From Antedon mediterranea (lineage: Eukaryota > Animalia > Echinodermata): DNA of 64,000 nt. The number at the start of each line of letters is the position of its first letter. Within the stretch, counting starts at the first letter, position 1. The position numbers were made by a program, and so were the translations under genes. The notes under the pieces are model-generated. The model was not told the DNA's origin, ran no database searches, and saw nothing but the letters and a program-made list of their open reading frames with translations. The stretch covers positions 40,350,388 through 40,414,387 of the forward strand of contig NC_092670.1 in NCBI RefSeq assembly GCF_964355755.1, written 5' to 3'. Of this stretch, positions 13,301-36,246 are shown piece by piece.

Positions 13301-13569
13301 ACATTGTGAAATAAAAAGCAACTAACCACTACAGTGATACAAACAAAGCTAGGCCTAACTAGTGTTTGTTTTTATTTATTCCTAGCTAGTGTAGTGAGTC
13401 CTACTCACCCTCCTGCCTGCTGCCTGCTGCTGGCAGGTTTTCAGCCTGGTCTGGCTGGACCAAGATCATTTATGTTTATAGTACTTAAAATGTACATACC
13501 TTCTGCTTTCCAAATCAAGATTTTATTACTACATAATAGAAGATCAATTACATCTTCTTCACTATCCAT
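10308..13569 (-). CDS. TSEN34: tRNA-splicing endonuclease subunit Sen34. Exons ~13500-13569, 12788-12924, 12203-12297, 11263-11934, 10725-10880, 10308-10495
   Basis: N-terminus MDSEEDVIDLLLCSNKILIWKAE/VKTIREKHNIVGKLIGCLPRAPHQNLQLGLPLQLMPEEA, then a charged linker exon. The C-terminus ...FLTSGGKFGGDFLVYPGNPLLFHS...GRMASNVRKT...YTSVQW keeps the Tyr-His-Lys catalytic triad. Confidence 0.93.
12009..12153. mobile_element. PIF/Harbinger-like MITE family A (~145 bp, TIR agctctgtctacactatcaaac). Other copies at ~16088-16241, 17920-18013, 19593-19699, 21748-21880, 25855-25991, 32569-32719, 45265-45414, 49020-49114, 52528-52667, 61498-61624, 62299-62452
   Basis: Terminal inverted repeats agctctgtctacac...gtgtagacagagct are flanked by TTA/TAA (TTA on both sides here, TAA on both sides at 61498). 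Copies share the core ggtagtgatatgacatcatcatgtccatatatgggcac. Confidence 0.85.
13003..13195 (+). mobile_element. CR1-type LINE 3' fragment in TSEN34 intron 1
   Basis: Translates as TRVINKWNSLPESVVNSKSVNSFKNKLDKY, the CR1 ORF2 end, followed by a tandem tail (ctaaaggtaagaatt/a)x2. Confidence 0.75.
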
Positions 13570-13869
13570 TTTATCTGAATTTTAATGTATTTCTTATGAA
13601 GCAACCCACATGCGTTACGGATGGATGATTCCGTTGACTTTAAATAATGACCTTTGACCCTCTTATTTCCGCTGTGCGTTGTTAGATTGCTAGAATTTCC
13701 ACCAATGGTAAAAGCGTATTCATTTAAAAGGACTTTACAAAAACATGAAATCACGTGGTGAAACCGCGCGAATTTGAGACACAGCGGCGGTAAGTTATTT
13801 TTGCACTGAGAAAAGAAAAAGGATAAACTGGTGTTTCTCTCTTTGTTTTAGTTAAAATAACGATTAAAA
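13570..13869. promoter_or_regulatory. Compact bidirectional promoter region shared by TSEN34 and MCM3
   Basis: The start codons are 300 bp apart, head-to-head. CCAAT at 13702, E-box CACGTG at 13752, and E2F-like CCGCGCGAAT followed by TTTGAG at 13764-13778. Confidence 0.75.
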
Positions 13870-24380
<10,511 letters not shown>

Positions 24381-26859
24381 AATCAACTCTGAACTAACTT
24401 AGAACTGATACTGAAATAAATAAGTTAAAAGACTTGAATTAAAACTTATCTGGTGAAAAATATTCACCATAGTAAAATGCCAGTGTCTAGTTAAAAATAT
24501 AAGTGGATTTAAAAGCAAATACGGTAAAAATATGCACAATAATATTGTCTAGAAACATTTTGTCAGCCAATAAAGTTGAGTGGTTTAAAAAAGACCCAAC
24601 CATTTCTATTGGTTGAATCAAATCTAAAGACACTGGTAATCTATATTATATAGCACGATCTTATTAACATTCTGTCTCTGATGATAAAATTAGAATAAAT
24701 GTGTGTTGGCCTATTAGCATACCTGTACTGTACATGGATGTGAAATAATATGAGGGTAAATAAATAAATGTCACCTGGTATGTAGATAGACTGTAGATGG
24801 ACTGACAAAGGAAGCCCTCTTGAAAAAGATAGAAATAAAACAGTTTTTGTAAATTGTAGCTTTGCTAATTGTAAGTCTAGTTGTAAATATTTTGTACTGT
24901 TATTATATAAAGTTTAACAATACAAGGATTACTGTGCAAAAATGCTTCAGAAAAACCAAAACAAAATTTAAAGAAAAGGTGATTATACTGGAGCTCTGTA
25001 CATAGGCCTACTGTACACATGTTAAGGACGGTTTAGTTTATATAAACACATTTTGACAAATAAAACAAGTTGACACAACAACAATTATGACCTCTCTGTT
25101 TATCGTTTATCATAATAATATACAAATATAAATCGTTATTGTACTGCGTTAAGTATGTAGTAAAACCAATCGTATTCACAAACTTTAAGAAATTTGATTA
25201 CTTAAATGCCAAGGTTAACTTGTTTATTCCTTTTTTTTAATTGTTTTTTTTTTACAATAATATACAAACGGTTTTATTGCTGTGAGTTTGGAGTGATTCA
25301 AATGATATCGGCACAATAAATTGTAAAATAAATGCTTATAAAGAAATAAAAACAGATTTGCAAGGTAAGCATTCTGAATACAATTAAAGGTATAGCAATC
25401 AATACTCTCATTGCATCAGTTGTCGCTCAATATAAAGAGCGATTTGAACCCACGACCCTGTAATTCGAAGTCACTTCCACTTTCTTATTTTAATTTACAA
25501 TAAAAAACCAGTAAATTCAAGCAGAGTAAATATAAATAAGTATATTGAATATGTAAGTTTAAAGACACCTTGAACAAATAGTAAGGATTGAAAACAAACA
25601 CGAACCTGGATTTCGAGGGCTAATCAAATCAAAACTTTCATTTTTGTAGAACTGAGTGAAATAATTTTCGTTTTCTACAATTTGCGTTGATTTATTAGCA
25701 AAAGAAGTTTCCGTTTTTGTTGGTTTCAGTAAATTAAATTAATGTTTTTACTTTTGAAAGTATGCAACGTTTTAATCAGAGTCATGCTGATGACTAACCT
25801 AGGCCTACCAATAAAAGTTGTCACTCACTCGATCACACAAGAACCATGCTTTTAAAGCTCAGTCTGCACTATCAAACTTTATGATAACAAAAATGAGATG
25901 TGCCCATATATGGACATGACGATGTCATATCACTACCATATTTGGGCACATCATATTTTTTTGTTAAACTAGTTTGATAGTCAGACAGAGCACGTTTTTA
26001 ATCTCAACATGATACAATTAACAATTTAGTTGTTAAGTTTGATTATTGGGTGCAACGCAAGGACGTACGCGCAACGCATGTAATGTTACCAATCACAAGC
26101 GACATGGAATGGTACGTCGATTGTGATTGGCCAACACCACTTGCGTGCATACCGTCCAAGTGGGAACCAAGCTTTAATAATCGAGAACCAGAAGACATCG
26201 ACATCGAATTGAATTGCCTGTTGGTTGGGGGTTCCTTGTTTTTTTTAATACAACCGGGTGTTTCGCGTGCTATTTGCAAGCGTTACATGGATGGATAACA
26301 AGTACATTAAATCATGTTTATACAAATAATCAATTCTTGACCTTTAACCTACAAATTCATGAAGAGGCAAAGGTTTTTTAAGACAATCCGTTAACTATCT
26401 ATAGGAAACATAGTCGAATCTCTTTATTTCCGTCGACAATCAATTAAATTTGCTAATAATAGACCTAGATTTGGTTAAATTACGCGTGGACCCTGTCTCG
26501 AGATGTGGTTTGCTTGTTTGTCTCCCAGACCAACCTGGTTTCCTGTCGTTTGACAGTTTTTCAGACGATCAGCTTCCTCAAACTTCTTAACCGCAAGTAG
26601 GCCTATAAGAGAGACTTATCACATTAACATTTTACAACTTATTTGTGTCTCAGCGTCAATTTTACGCAATATGGCCTTTTCATAACTTGTTGAAATTTCA
26701 AACACGAAAAACTGTTTTGGAATAGAGAAATAACGAGTTGTGAATTATGGTGAATGATCAGTAGTGGATATGAAATGGGAGGGGTCTAACATTTCTGAGG
26801 GGCGGGTCGGTATTCTTGGATCCGCCTATGTCATTTCAGCCTGAATGACGGATATTGAG

Positions 26860-27031
26860 AAGACGATGATGAGGATATCATGATGATGATAATGAGGATG
26901 TCATGATGATGATAATGATGGTGATGATGATGTGATGATGATGGTGATTATGATAATGATGATGATGATGTGATGATGATGATAATATGATGACGATGGT
27001 GATGATGATGATGATGATGATAATAATGATA

Positions 27032-27062
<31 letters not shown>

Positions 27063-27120
27063 CGACAACGACGACGATGATGATGATGATAATGATGATA
27101 ACGATAATGATGAGATGAAC
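26860..27120 (+). repeat. Imperfect (GAT)n microsatellite
   Basis: gat/aat/gac triplet run. It is the source of the poly-Ser and poly-His ORFs. Confidence 0.95.
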
Positions 27121-29232
27121 AAGAACGAATCATGATAGGTTTTAATAATTGATGAAGATTGTTGAAGCATTATAAATGATAAAGAGATAAACTAGATGAT
27201 GACACAGTCTTGCATCCAGTACTCGGTAGCAGCGATGGTAAACATCCATCTTGGATTACGTAGGATTCTTAAAGCACATAAAACTCATTGTGGTATCTTG
27301 TATATTAATATGGTAACACGGTTTAAATGGATCAGTGCTAAGTAGCACTTTTCTCGTGGGAAATCTTTATTTTATATGACAAGATACCGTAAAAGCTGCT
27401 GCACATACTTTGTTAAACAGTCGGCGAATAACGTGTTCTTTTTATTTTGTTTTTTACTTTATATATACCGTTATTATTTAATTTTCTTGTAGATAAACTG
27501 TGATCGCAAAGACCAATGGGTTGAGGCGACAATGCTAGATCGTCATGTACTAAAACGCTTTCAGCGACTCATGACATAATTATGGTAGGGTTAAAATTGT
27601 AACTGTAAACTTAAATTTAATTTACTCCTAATTAATTCAAACTGGGCAAGCACGCATTAATACACACCAGGAAATGTTAATCAATTAAAATAATTATCAT
27701 CAGGGTCACATCTACACAGTCCGCCTTGATACAACACGCGTAAAGTAAGCATACAATAATATGTTTAGACGCGCGCGTGAACTACCGTACTTTCCCATCG
27801 GCAGCGAGTACTGAGAGCATTACTCGCTTCATATATGTTTACGTACGCTTCATGTATTTTTTCAGACAAAAAATGTCCAAATATGTTCGTATTTCCGACG
27901 GCATGATATGATATGACGGGTAAAAGACATAACGGTTTTATCTCCATAGAAATTGTGTTTATTTATTTTTATATCCCAACTGAGTTTTTAACACATTTGC
28001 TTTAGACGACAGAAATAATTAATCATTCAAGTTTTTAAAATTATATAAAATATTTTATGTCAATTTCAATAATACAGTATAATAATAAACAGATATTATT
28101 ATACAGCAATACAGAAAACTAAAACAGAAAGAGATACATTGATTTTACACACGCGTCTAAATCCTGATAATAATAGTACGACTTTTGTACGCGCACGTGA
28201 ACATTGTTGCTTCGTTGTGTAAAGCCCTCCATATATCGGTAAATACGGACGAACTAATTTATCGACATTACCTAATTTAAAATGTTTTAGTGGTTCGTAC
28301 GAAACCATTCAATTAATATACAAAAATAATTTAATTTGAACTAACCTCTGACCTTTAAGGTGATATAACAAAGATACACATTTCGACGCACATTATGACG
28401 ACACAATATTAAATGAAACCTTACTTTTATTTTCATATCTCGTAATTATGTAAAAATTAGAATTTAAAAACAGATAAATAACTTATTAATTAGTTTAAAT
28501 GGATGAATTCTACATTCTATATTACGTAATAGTCGAGGGATTTCAGTTATGTAAAAGTCAGCTTTTCATTAAAAGAAAAGTAGTAAATAATTAATTTCAC
28601 TAGGGCTACATTACATTTGTAAAACTTACTAAGGGAGCATGTCAAATCCTACTGCAGTTACAGCAGGAAATATACTTTTTACCTGATTATGCTATAGTTA
28701 GTATTATTTTGCAAACTATTTTTGGCTTATTGTTTATTGCAGTAACTGGCGCCTCATAAACTTTTAGGATTGAACAAAATTCATACGTTATTTTAGTAAA
28801 TAATTAAGTTACTGCAGTAACTTCAGTAGAATAATTTTGACATTATTCATAATCTATATATAAATTTATTAATATAATATTATTGAGGTATAGCATTTAA
28901 TAAATAAATGAAATAATATTTGTGGGTTTAACCCTCATTATTTTGTACGATATAATTCTGTATCGTCCAAAAAGCTCTTCGATTTTGACGTTCCCTGGGC
29001 AAAAACATGAATGTAATCAAAGGAGCTTTTACTGAATCAGTTCGTTCATTTCACTATTAACAGATTTGTTTATCTTTCGATGCCTCACACGATTGATGAT
29101 ATCATTCTTACTTGAAGGAGTTTGAACTTTTACTTCCCTAAATCGATCCTCACAAAATGATTTAATTAAATAGAGTACAAAGGCAAGCTTAGGTGGCACA
29201 CACACGCACATCTATTATCATTTGAAATATTA

Positions 29233-30078
29233 AAGCTTGGTCCCACTAGGACGCAACTTACAACGACGTGAGCGCAACGAAAGTAATTTGGCCAATCACG
29301 ACGCGATGTTAATGATTCATCGCGTCATGATTGGTTAAATTACTTGCGTTGCGCGTTTCGTCCATCAGCAGTAAATCGTGGTTCCCCACTAGGAGACGCA
29401 ACGCAAGGACGTACGCGCAACGCATGCGAGTTTTGACGAATGACAAGCCACTGTTCGAATAATCCATCACTTGTGTTTATCACTAAAGCGTGGTTCCCAC
29501 TAGCGACGCAACACAAGGACGTAACGCACCGCAAGTGAATTGACCAATCACAAGCGATTGCTTATTCGTTTGTGATTGCTAACTGTCTATAACTTTGCTT
29601 GTCATTGGTTAAAACGCTTGCGTTGCGTTTACGTCCTTGCGTTACGTTCTAGTGGGAACCAAGCTTTAAGCGTGGTTCCCACTAGCGACGCAACACAAGG
29701 ACGTAACGCACCGCAAGTGAATTGACCAATCACAAGCGATTGCTTATTCGTTTGTGATTGCTAACTGTCTATAACTTTGCTTGTCATTGGTTAAAACGCT
29801 TGCGTTGCGTTTACGTCCTTGCGTTACGTTCTAGTGGGAACCAAGCTTTAAGCGTGGTTCCCACTAGCGACGCAACACAAGGACGTAACGCACCGCAAGT
29901 GAATTGACCAATCACAAGCGATTGCTTATTCGTTTGTGATTGCTAACTGTCTATAACTTTGCTTGTCATTGGTTAAAACGCTTGCGTTGCGTTTACGTCC
30001 TTGCGTTACGTTCTAGTGGGAACCAAGCTTTACGTTGCGTTACGTCCATGCGTTGTCTCGCTAGGGGGAACCAAGCTT
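29233..30078. mobile_element. Nested cluster of Harbinger-like MITE family B (TIR agc(t/g)tggttcccactag). Dispersed copies or fragments at ~26050-26174, 31925-32210, 32748-32890, 36690-36830, 38791-38930, 39104-39335, 42525-42650, 49117-49291, 55630-55769, 58525-58625, 60180-60304, 60780-60934, 62145-62298
   Basis: Palindromic ~150-180-bp units: ggttcccactag-gacgcaacgcaagg...ccaatcacaagcga...tcgcttgtgattgg...ttgcgttgcg-ctagtgggaaccaagct, flanked by TAA/TTA. Confidence 0.85.
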
Positions 30079-30805
30079 AAGATTTATCGATAGAATCAAT
30101 CACTCACAACTCTCCAAGTACATCTTCTATCCCTTCGTCTCTCCTAATCAATTCGTTTTACACTTCGATGGTGGTATATTGTATTTTAGTTTAAGACGCC
30201 ATAGGCTTGATTCCCAAGGGGGTACAAACCAAGTTGTAAGCATTTGTTGAGCATGCGCAGACTTAATTTACCGGATAGGCTATGTAATCAACGTATGGAA
30301 AGTAATTAGCATGCGAGTAGCGTGTATAAATGTAATATTATGGAAACATTGGCCACTTTTTATTTGAGGAATATAGCAATTTGGATGTGAATGAGAAAGT
30401 TTTTTGACGATTCTCGCTTTCACACACACACACACACTCATTATAAACATGTTTATCCTCATTTTCACTCTCATTATATTATTTTCACCATTAAATTACG
30501 TCATAATATATAATCATCCTTTCATTTAAAAAGTTGAGGTAGATCTTATATTTATTATGCAATGCACCACTGCCAGAGATTTGGAATTTGATGTACCTAC
30601 TGTTCAATTGTTTTAATAATCATTTCAGTCGGCCATAATTATGCGCGTCCCTCGTCATCTATACGCCCGGCGCGCTCCACACGCCACGCGCCTACTTTAT
30701 TGGCGCTGCCTCTTCGCGTCAGATCGTCTTGACAGGACACTCCGGGTTTTGCTCTTAAACGTGTCATCCGTTGTTATTTATCGCAAACCATCTAGGCCTA
30801 AAACC

Positions 30806-32413
30806 TCAAAATAAATCCGGCTTAGGATATCCAAATAACTCAAAATCAAGTTTATATACATTCCATAGTTTTTTAATGACCCCAAGGGTCAATTGATCGT
30901 AATATCGATAATATTGGTTTTTACTGTCTGTGGGATTGCTATTGTGAGCTTCCGGAAACGTTATTTCATCAGATACGTTAAAATTCCGTAAAATAAACTC
31001 GGAATCGTCTTTGATTGTCTCAAGTTTTGCTATATAATCATAATTTATTTTACACGGTGAGCAAATGCTCTTCATATCCTGCCAGTGGTTTTCAAAGGCT
31101 AGTCTTTGCTCTGGGTCTGTTAGGTAAGCGACGAATTCTGGCCAGCGGACGCCGCGTCCAGTTGCGAGGTTCATCCGCGTCGGTTTGCGGCGATAGCGCT
31201 GCATAATGAGTTTACCGTAATATTGAAAATGAACCTTACTATCGTATTCAACCAAATCTTCAAATTTATTTTTATACGCTGATAGAATACGAACGAATGG
31301 ATCTCTGGCCACCATAAATTTGGTGAAATTAGCTAAGACGGCTGATTGTTCTTCTAACGGAAGTGACGATAACAACGTCATGCCGTTGTTTTCATGTGCT
31401 TCCCATCCAGTGATGTCATTAATATGTTTAGGGTAACCTTCTAACACCATCATAACACGTTTCCAGTTGCTGCACGCTACTTTTGGAATATAACAATATA
31501 TGCCTTTGATGTTATAGTTGACGTATATGTGATCTGCTGTCTCTTGTTCTATAGGTCCCTCACTAAGTTCTTTGTGTTCGCTACATACTTGTCTAAGATG
31601 TTTTAATCTTGATTTCTGTTCTATTTCTTGAAGTTCCATAAAACTTTTCTGAAAGTAGACAACATATAACAATTATAAGTTTATATTCACAGTTTGTTTA
31701 ACGTTCTTCTTAATTGCATGTAGTTCTATGGGTGTAGTTTCTTTGTACGCGTCAGTTTTGTATCTAATAGTACAGAAATCAAATCAGTCCACCATAGTTT
31801 TACATTTATAATTTTAGCGTTTACTTACTGGGGGTGGTTCTGTTCTTATAACATCTCTCGCAACTGTGAATACAAAAACAAGAAGATATAATTAGTATTT
31901 TTTAAATATTATAAAAGAAGAGAGCGCAAGGTAAAAATGACGTACACACAATTTGACCAATTATAAGAAAGTTCGTATCCATCGCTTGTGATTGGTCCAA
32001 TATTGTGGTGTGTCTTTGCGATTTGTCCCAATAGGAACAAGCTTGGTTCTCTAAAAGCAGCGTCGTACGCGCGCGCCCTGGCGCAATGCCAGTGGGTTGA
32101 CGAATCAGAAGCGATGGTGCAGAGTATCCATCGCGTCGTGATGATTGGTCAAGTCACTATATAGCTCTCGCTTACGTGATTGCGTTGCGCTCATGTGGGA
32201 AACAAACTTTAATAGGAGCTTTAGCCTTTACGATAAATGTTTGTACTTACGCAGGTAGGGGTTGTCGCCGTATCTAAATACAGCGGGAGATTGTCTTGTG
32301 GTGGCGAACATAATTCCAAACAAACTAAGAGCTAAGCAGATCGCCAGTATCGACTTAGTGTTCCTCAGCATATTCAAACATATTGTAAACGGTGCACTTT
32401 TTAATCTCGTCAT
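30806..32413 (-). CDS. Golgi carbohydrate sulfotransferase, CHST11/HNK-1ST (Sulfotransfer_2) family. Exons ~32251-32413, 31829-31863, 30806-31648
   Basis: Type II membrane anchor SILAICLALSLFGIMFAT. 5'-PSB YCYIPKVACSNWKR, 3'-PB RDPFVRILSAY, plus HW....CSPC.INYDYIAKLET and YKLDFELFGY. Confidence 0.92.
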
Positions 32414-33130
32414 GATGAACGCTATTAAAATAAAAAGAAAAGTTCAAATTTAAATTATGATGATTTTTCGCACCTCTCATGTCACTCTGTGTCCCTACGG
32501 CCCCCTGCTGTGTGAGGGCAGCACAAATCAGTTTTGTTACAAAGTTTGAAATGAAAACTGAAGCATAAAGCTCTGTCTACACTATCAAAATAGTTTGAAA
32601 AAAAAGGTGTGATGTGCCCAAATATACAGTATCCACAAATATGGTAGTGATATGACATCAGCATGTTCATAGGCACAACATCCCATCACGTAATAAAGTT
32701 TGATAGTGTAGACAGAGCTTTAGGTTGTGTCAAATGACTATGATTAAAAGTTGGTTCCCACTAGGGATGCAACAAATATTATTGGTTGTTCCTTCACAAC
32801 GCAACGCAACGACATACGCGCAAGGACATATGCGCAACAACATACGCGCAACGACATACGCGCACCGTAAGTAATTTGACCAATCAGCTTAGTGAGAAGC
32901 GGAGGTACAATGATTGGCATTAGTACTGTAGATTATAAGCGGCCTGTGAGCTAAGGTCGGCGGCGACGGCTTAATGTGCCATTATTCATACTCCTCGATT
33001 TTCGCTTTCAATCTTCATTTCCCTTACAAGATCTGTACGCCATTTTATTATAATCACTTATAAGCACAGTGTAGCAATAATGGGATTGTGCCTTATATGG
33101 AGAATATACAAAATACGATCATTTCAATTT

Positions 33131-35473
33131 TTTTTTTTTTTTTTTTTTTTATTTCATCATATAATACATTACAAAGGAAAAACATAATCAAATAAAAAAT
33201 TAAAATTAAAAGCAAACAAAAACAACAAAGATATCCATCTAACAAATTAAATAAAGGTTCATAAAAATTATTCTACTCTCTAACCATTTCATATTTGATT
33301 ATAAATTCTTCTAATTTTATCCATTTCTATTAAAAATACTGTCTTCAAAATTCTGATGATAAATACATTTTTCTGTTTCGTAAAACCTTTTTAACTCGTT
33401 CATAACCATTTTGATAGTTGGCTTACATTTTAACTAGTTTACATTTATAAATAAATGATTTTACAATTAGAATAATTGCATTAATGGCTTTTAAATTAAA
33501 AAACTGATGCGCATCTTGGTATCCGAAAATTATGCTCTCTTTACTAAAAATAAATTGCACTCCAGTTTTTTCTGAAATTTTTTCCTGGAGGAGGTTCCAT
33601 ATCCTTTTTACTATTGGACAATTACAGAACAAATGCTGAATGGTTTCAATTTTACCATCTCCAAATGAGCACATTGAAGTTTCTTTTATATTCATTTTAA
33701 ATAATTGTTCATTTGTTGCAATTATTCTATTTACAATTTTATATTGAAAATATATTAAAACAATATTCATTGTACACGTATGTGGAGCTAGGTAGATTGT
33801 TTTCCATTGTTCGTTATTGAATACAAATTTATTTTCTGCCCATTTCTTTTGTGCTTTCCATGATTTAAACATTGAGTTATTTAAAACATCATAAAAAATA
33901 CGACATCCCTTTCTTTGTTGAAAGAGTACTTTTATATGAAATGGAATATCTGGCAAAACTGTTTTTTTAATTTCACATATCATTAAATTGTTAAATTTTT
34001 CCCTAAGAAGCCTTTTTAAACCTATTAATTTTATATAATTTATCTTAATACCATGGTATCTTCGACTTCTTTTTTATTCATAAATTGCCCATTGCTGTTA
34101 AACAAATCATTAACAAACAAAATACCTGCTTTTTCCCAATTTCCATATCTTATACATTCGTTGCCTATTCTTATTACTTCATCATTCCAAATTTGCATTC
34201 GTAATAATAGCTCGTCAACAGACTTTGGATAATGAATAGAAATAAAATTATTCCATGCATCTATTACCTCTTTCCAGAAGAGAATTTTAACATTATCTCT
34301 AATGCTGGACAGACGTTTACAATTCGTTTCAAGTTGCATAGAGTTAGACAAATTTGTTATGTACTTAAATAGCTTAAATATTGGGTTGTCTTCGGATTTA
34401 TTGTTGAAAATTCTACGCAACCAAGTTATTTTTAATGACATAAAAAACAAGTTTAAATCTACCATTCTTAATCCACCATGTAAGTAATCACTTTTTATCT
34501 GATGCCGGTTTATTTTATCAGGTTTGTTTTGCCAAATAAAACGAAAAAATAAATTATTAAGACGTACTACGTATTCATTTGATGGGTTCGGTAAGGACAT
34601 GATCATATGAATGAGTTTTGGTAACAAGAGTGATTTTATAATAGTTATTTTACCAATTACTGTCAAGTTTCTTTTAGACCATTGGTTTATCATACGCTCT
34701 ATCGTTAGAAACACTCTTTCATAGTTTACATTAATCATTTGAACTGCATCTAATGAAAAGTCAATACCTAAAATTGAAAATATGGCATTGCCTATCCAGT
34801 TTATCTTTTTTCTTGTTTTTAACCTTACATTGCTACCTCTCTTACTACCTATCCATACAACTTTAGTTTTTTCTTCATTTATTCTTAAACCGGAAATACT
34901 CTCGTATGTATCCAGTGTATCGAGTGTTGCATGCAGTGATGCTTCAGACCCATCAAGTATAATGGTAGTGTCGTCTGCATATTGAGATATTGTATATTCC
35001 TCATCTCTAATTTTAACTCCCTTAATTAGTTTGTTTTGCTTTATTAAATTATTCAATATTTTTGCACAAATTATAAAAATATATGGAGAAAGAGGGTCTC
35101 CTTGTCTACAGCCTCTTTCAATTTTAAAACGATTTGACATAGCACCGTTAACATTAACTGAGGAATACATTTCCGAATAAAAAATTGTAATCCACCTTCT
35201 AATAGACTCGCCAAAGTTAAACATTTCCATGGCTCTATCAATGAATATATGTGAAACAGAGTCGAAGGCTTTTTCGAAGTCAATTAATAATAGCATACCG
35301 GGAATCTTTAACTGTTCACTAAGACATATAATGTCATTCATTAGTCTAATATTTTCGCCAATAAATCTATCTGGCATAAAACCATTTTGCTCTCTACTTA
35401 TAATATGACTTAATACATTCTTTATTCGATTAGCTATACACCCAGACGCTAACTTATAGGTGATGCTTATGCT
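33131..35473 (-). mobile_element. 5'-truncated L1/Tx1-type LINE: RT domain, C-terminal Cys/His motif, poly(A) tail, 14-bp TSD
   Basis: ORFs 34040-35479 (QNGF, IDFEKAFDSV, GCRQGDPLSP, YADD) and 33423-33983 (C...ETIQHLFCNC) are joined by a frameshift. A T-run lies at ~33128-33150. gatcatttcaattt occurs at both 33117-33130 and 35474-35487. Confidence 0.95.
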
Positions 35474-36087
35474 GATCATTTCAATTTAGTTGAATGTCTG
35501 AATGAACAATACGTATGTTGCAACACTGTCTTAAAAAATGAATAATAAATGTAATCATAAATAAGGTAAATGGCTCGATTCCTTGTACCATCCGGACTGC
35601 TGTGATTTGTCAACAATTATTTTTGTATGTATCTGTCGTATTGATATTGTATCTGTTTGTTTTCTATATTTATATTTATTGTAAGTGCATGAACGTGGGC
35701 TACCATTGTAAAGGTGTAGCTTTAATAAATATCAGTATAACATGTGTTGACAAAATGTGTTAGGGTTCCTTGTTGTGACTAATGGAGTGCACTATAGGCA
35801 TGTTTATTAGCTTAACCATGGATGGATTCATGAATATTCATGTTTATTAGCTTAACCATGGATGGCATCATGAATATTCATTAATTCATAGTTTACACTC
35901 ACATTTAAGTTGCTTTATATAATCTGTCTAAATGTAATTATATAACATTTATTAACAACGGAGTGATGAAATATACGTAACGCAAGTAAGTCGCTTTTGA
36001 TCAATGAAAGGGCCTTGCGATACGCGTATGCGCGCGCGTTGTGACTGAAACTATTGATGATACAATGAAGTTCGATAGACCAACTCT

Positions 36088-36246
36088 ACTGGTAAGGTTT
36101 GTGACTGTATGAATGTCTAAAGCAGCTTAGCAGCCAAGACACTGGTAAGGTTTGTGACTGTATGAATGTCTAAAGCAGCTTAGCAGCCAAGACACTTGTA
36201 AGGTTTGCGACTGTATGAATGTCTAAAGCAGCTTAGCCAAGACACT
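36088..36246 (+). repeat. ~53-bp tandem repeat, 3 copies (a ~41-bp duplication also lies at ~35799-35881)
   Basis: actggtaaggtttgtgactgtatgaatgtctaaagcagcttagcagccaagac repeated three times. Confidence 0.9.

Noticed and set aside
26901-27170. Poly-Ser and poly-His ORFs
   Set aside because: They are translations of a (GAT)n microsatellite.
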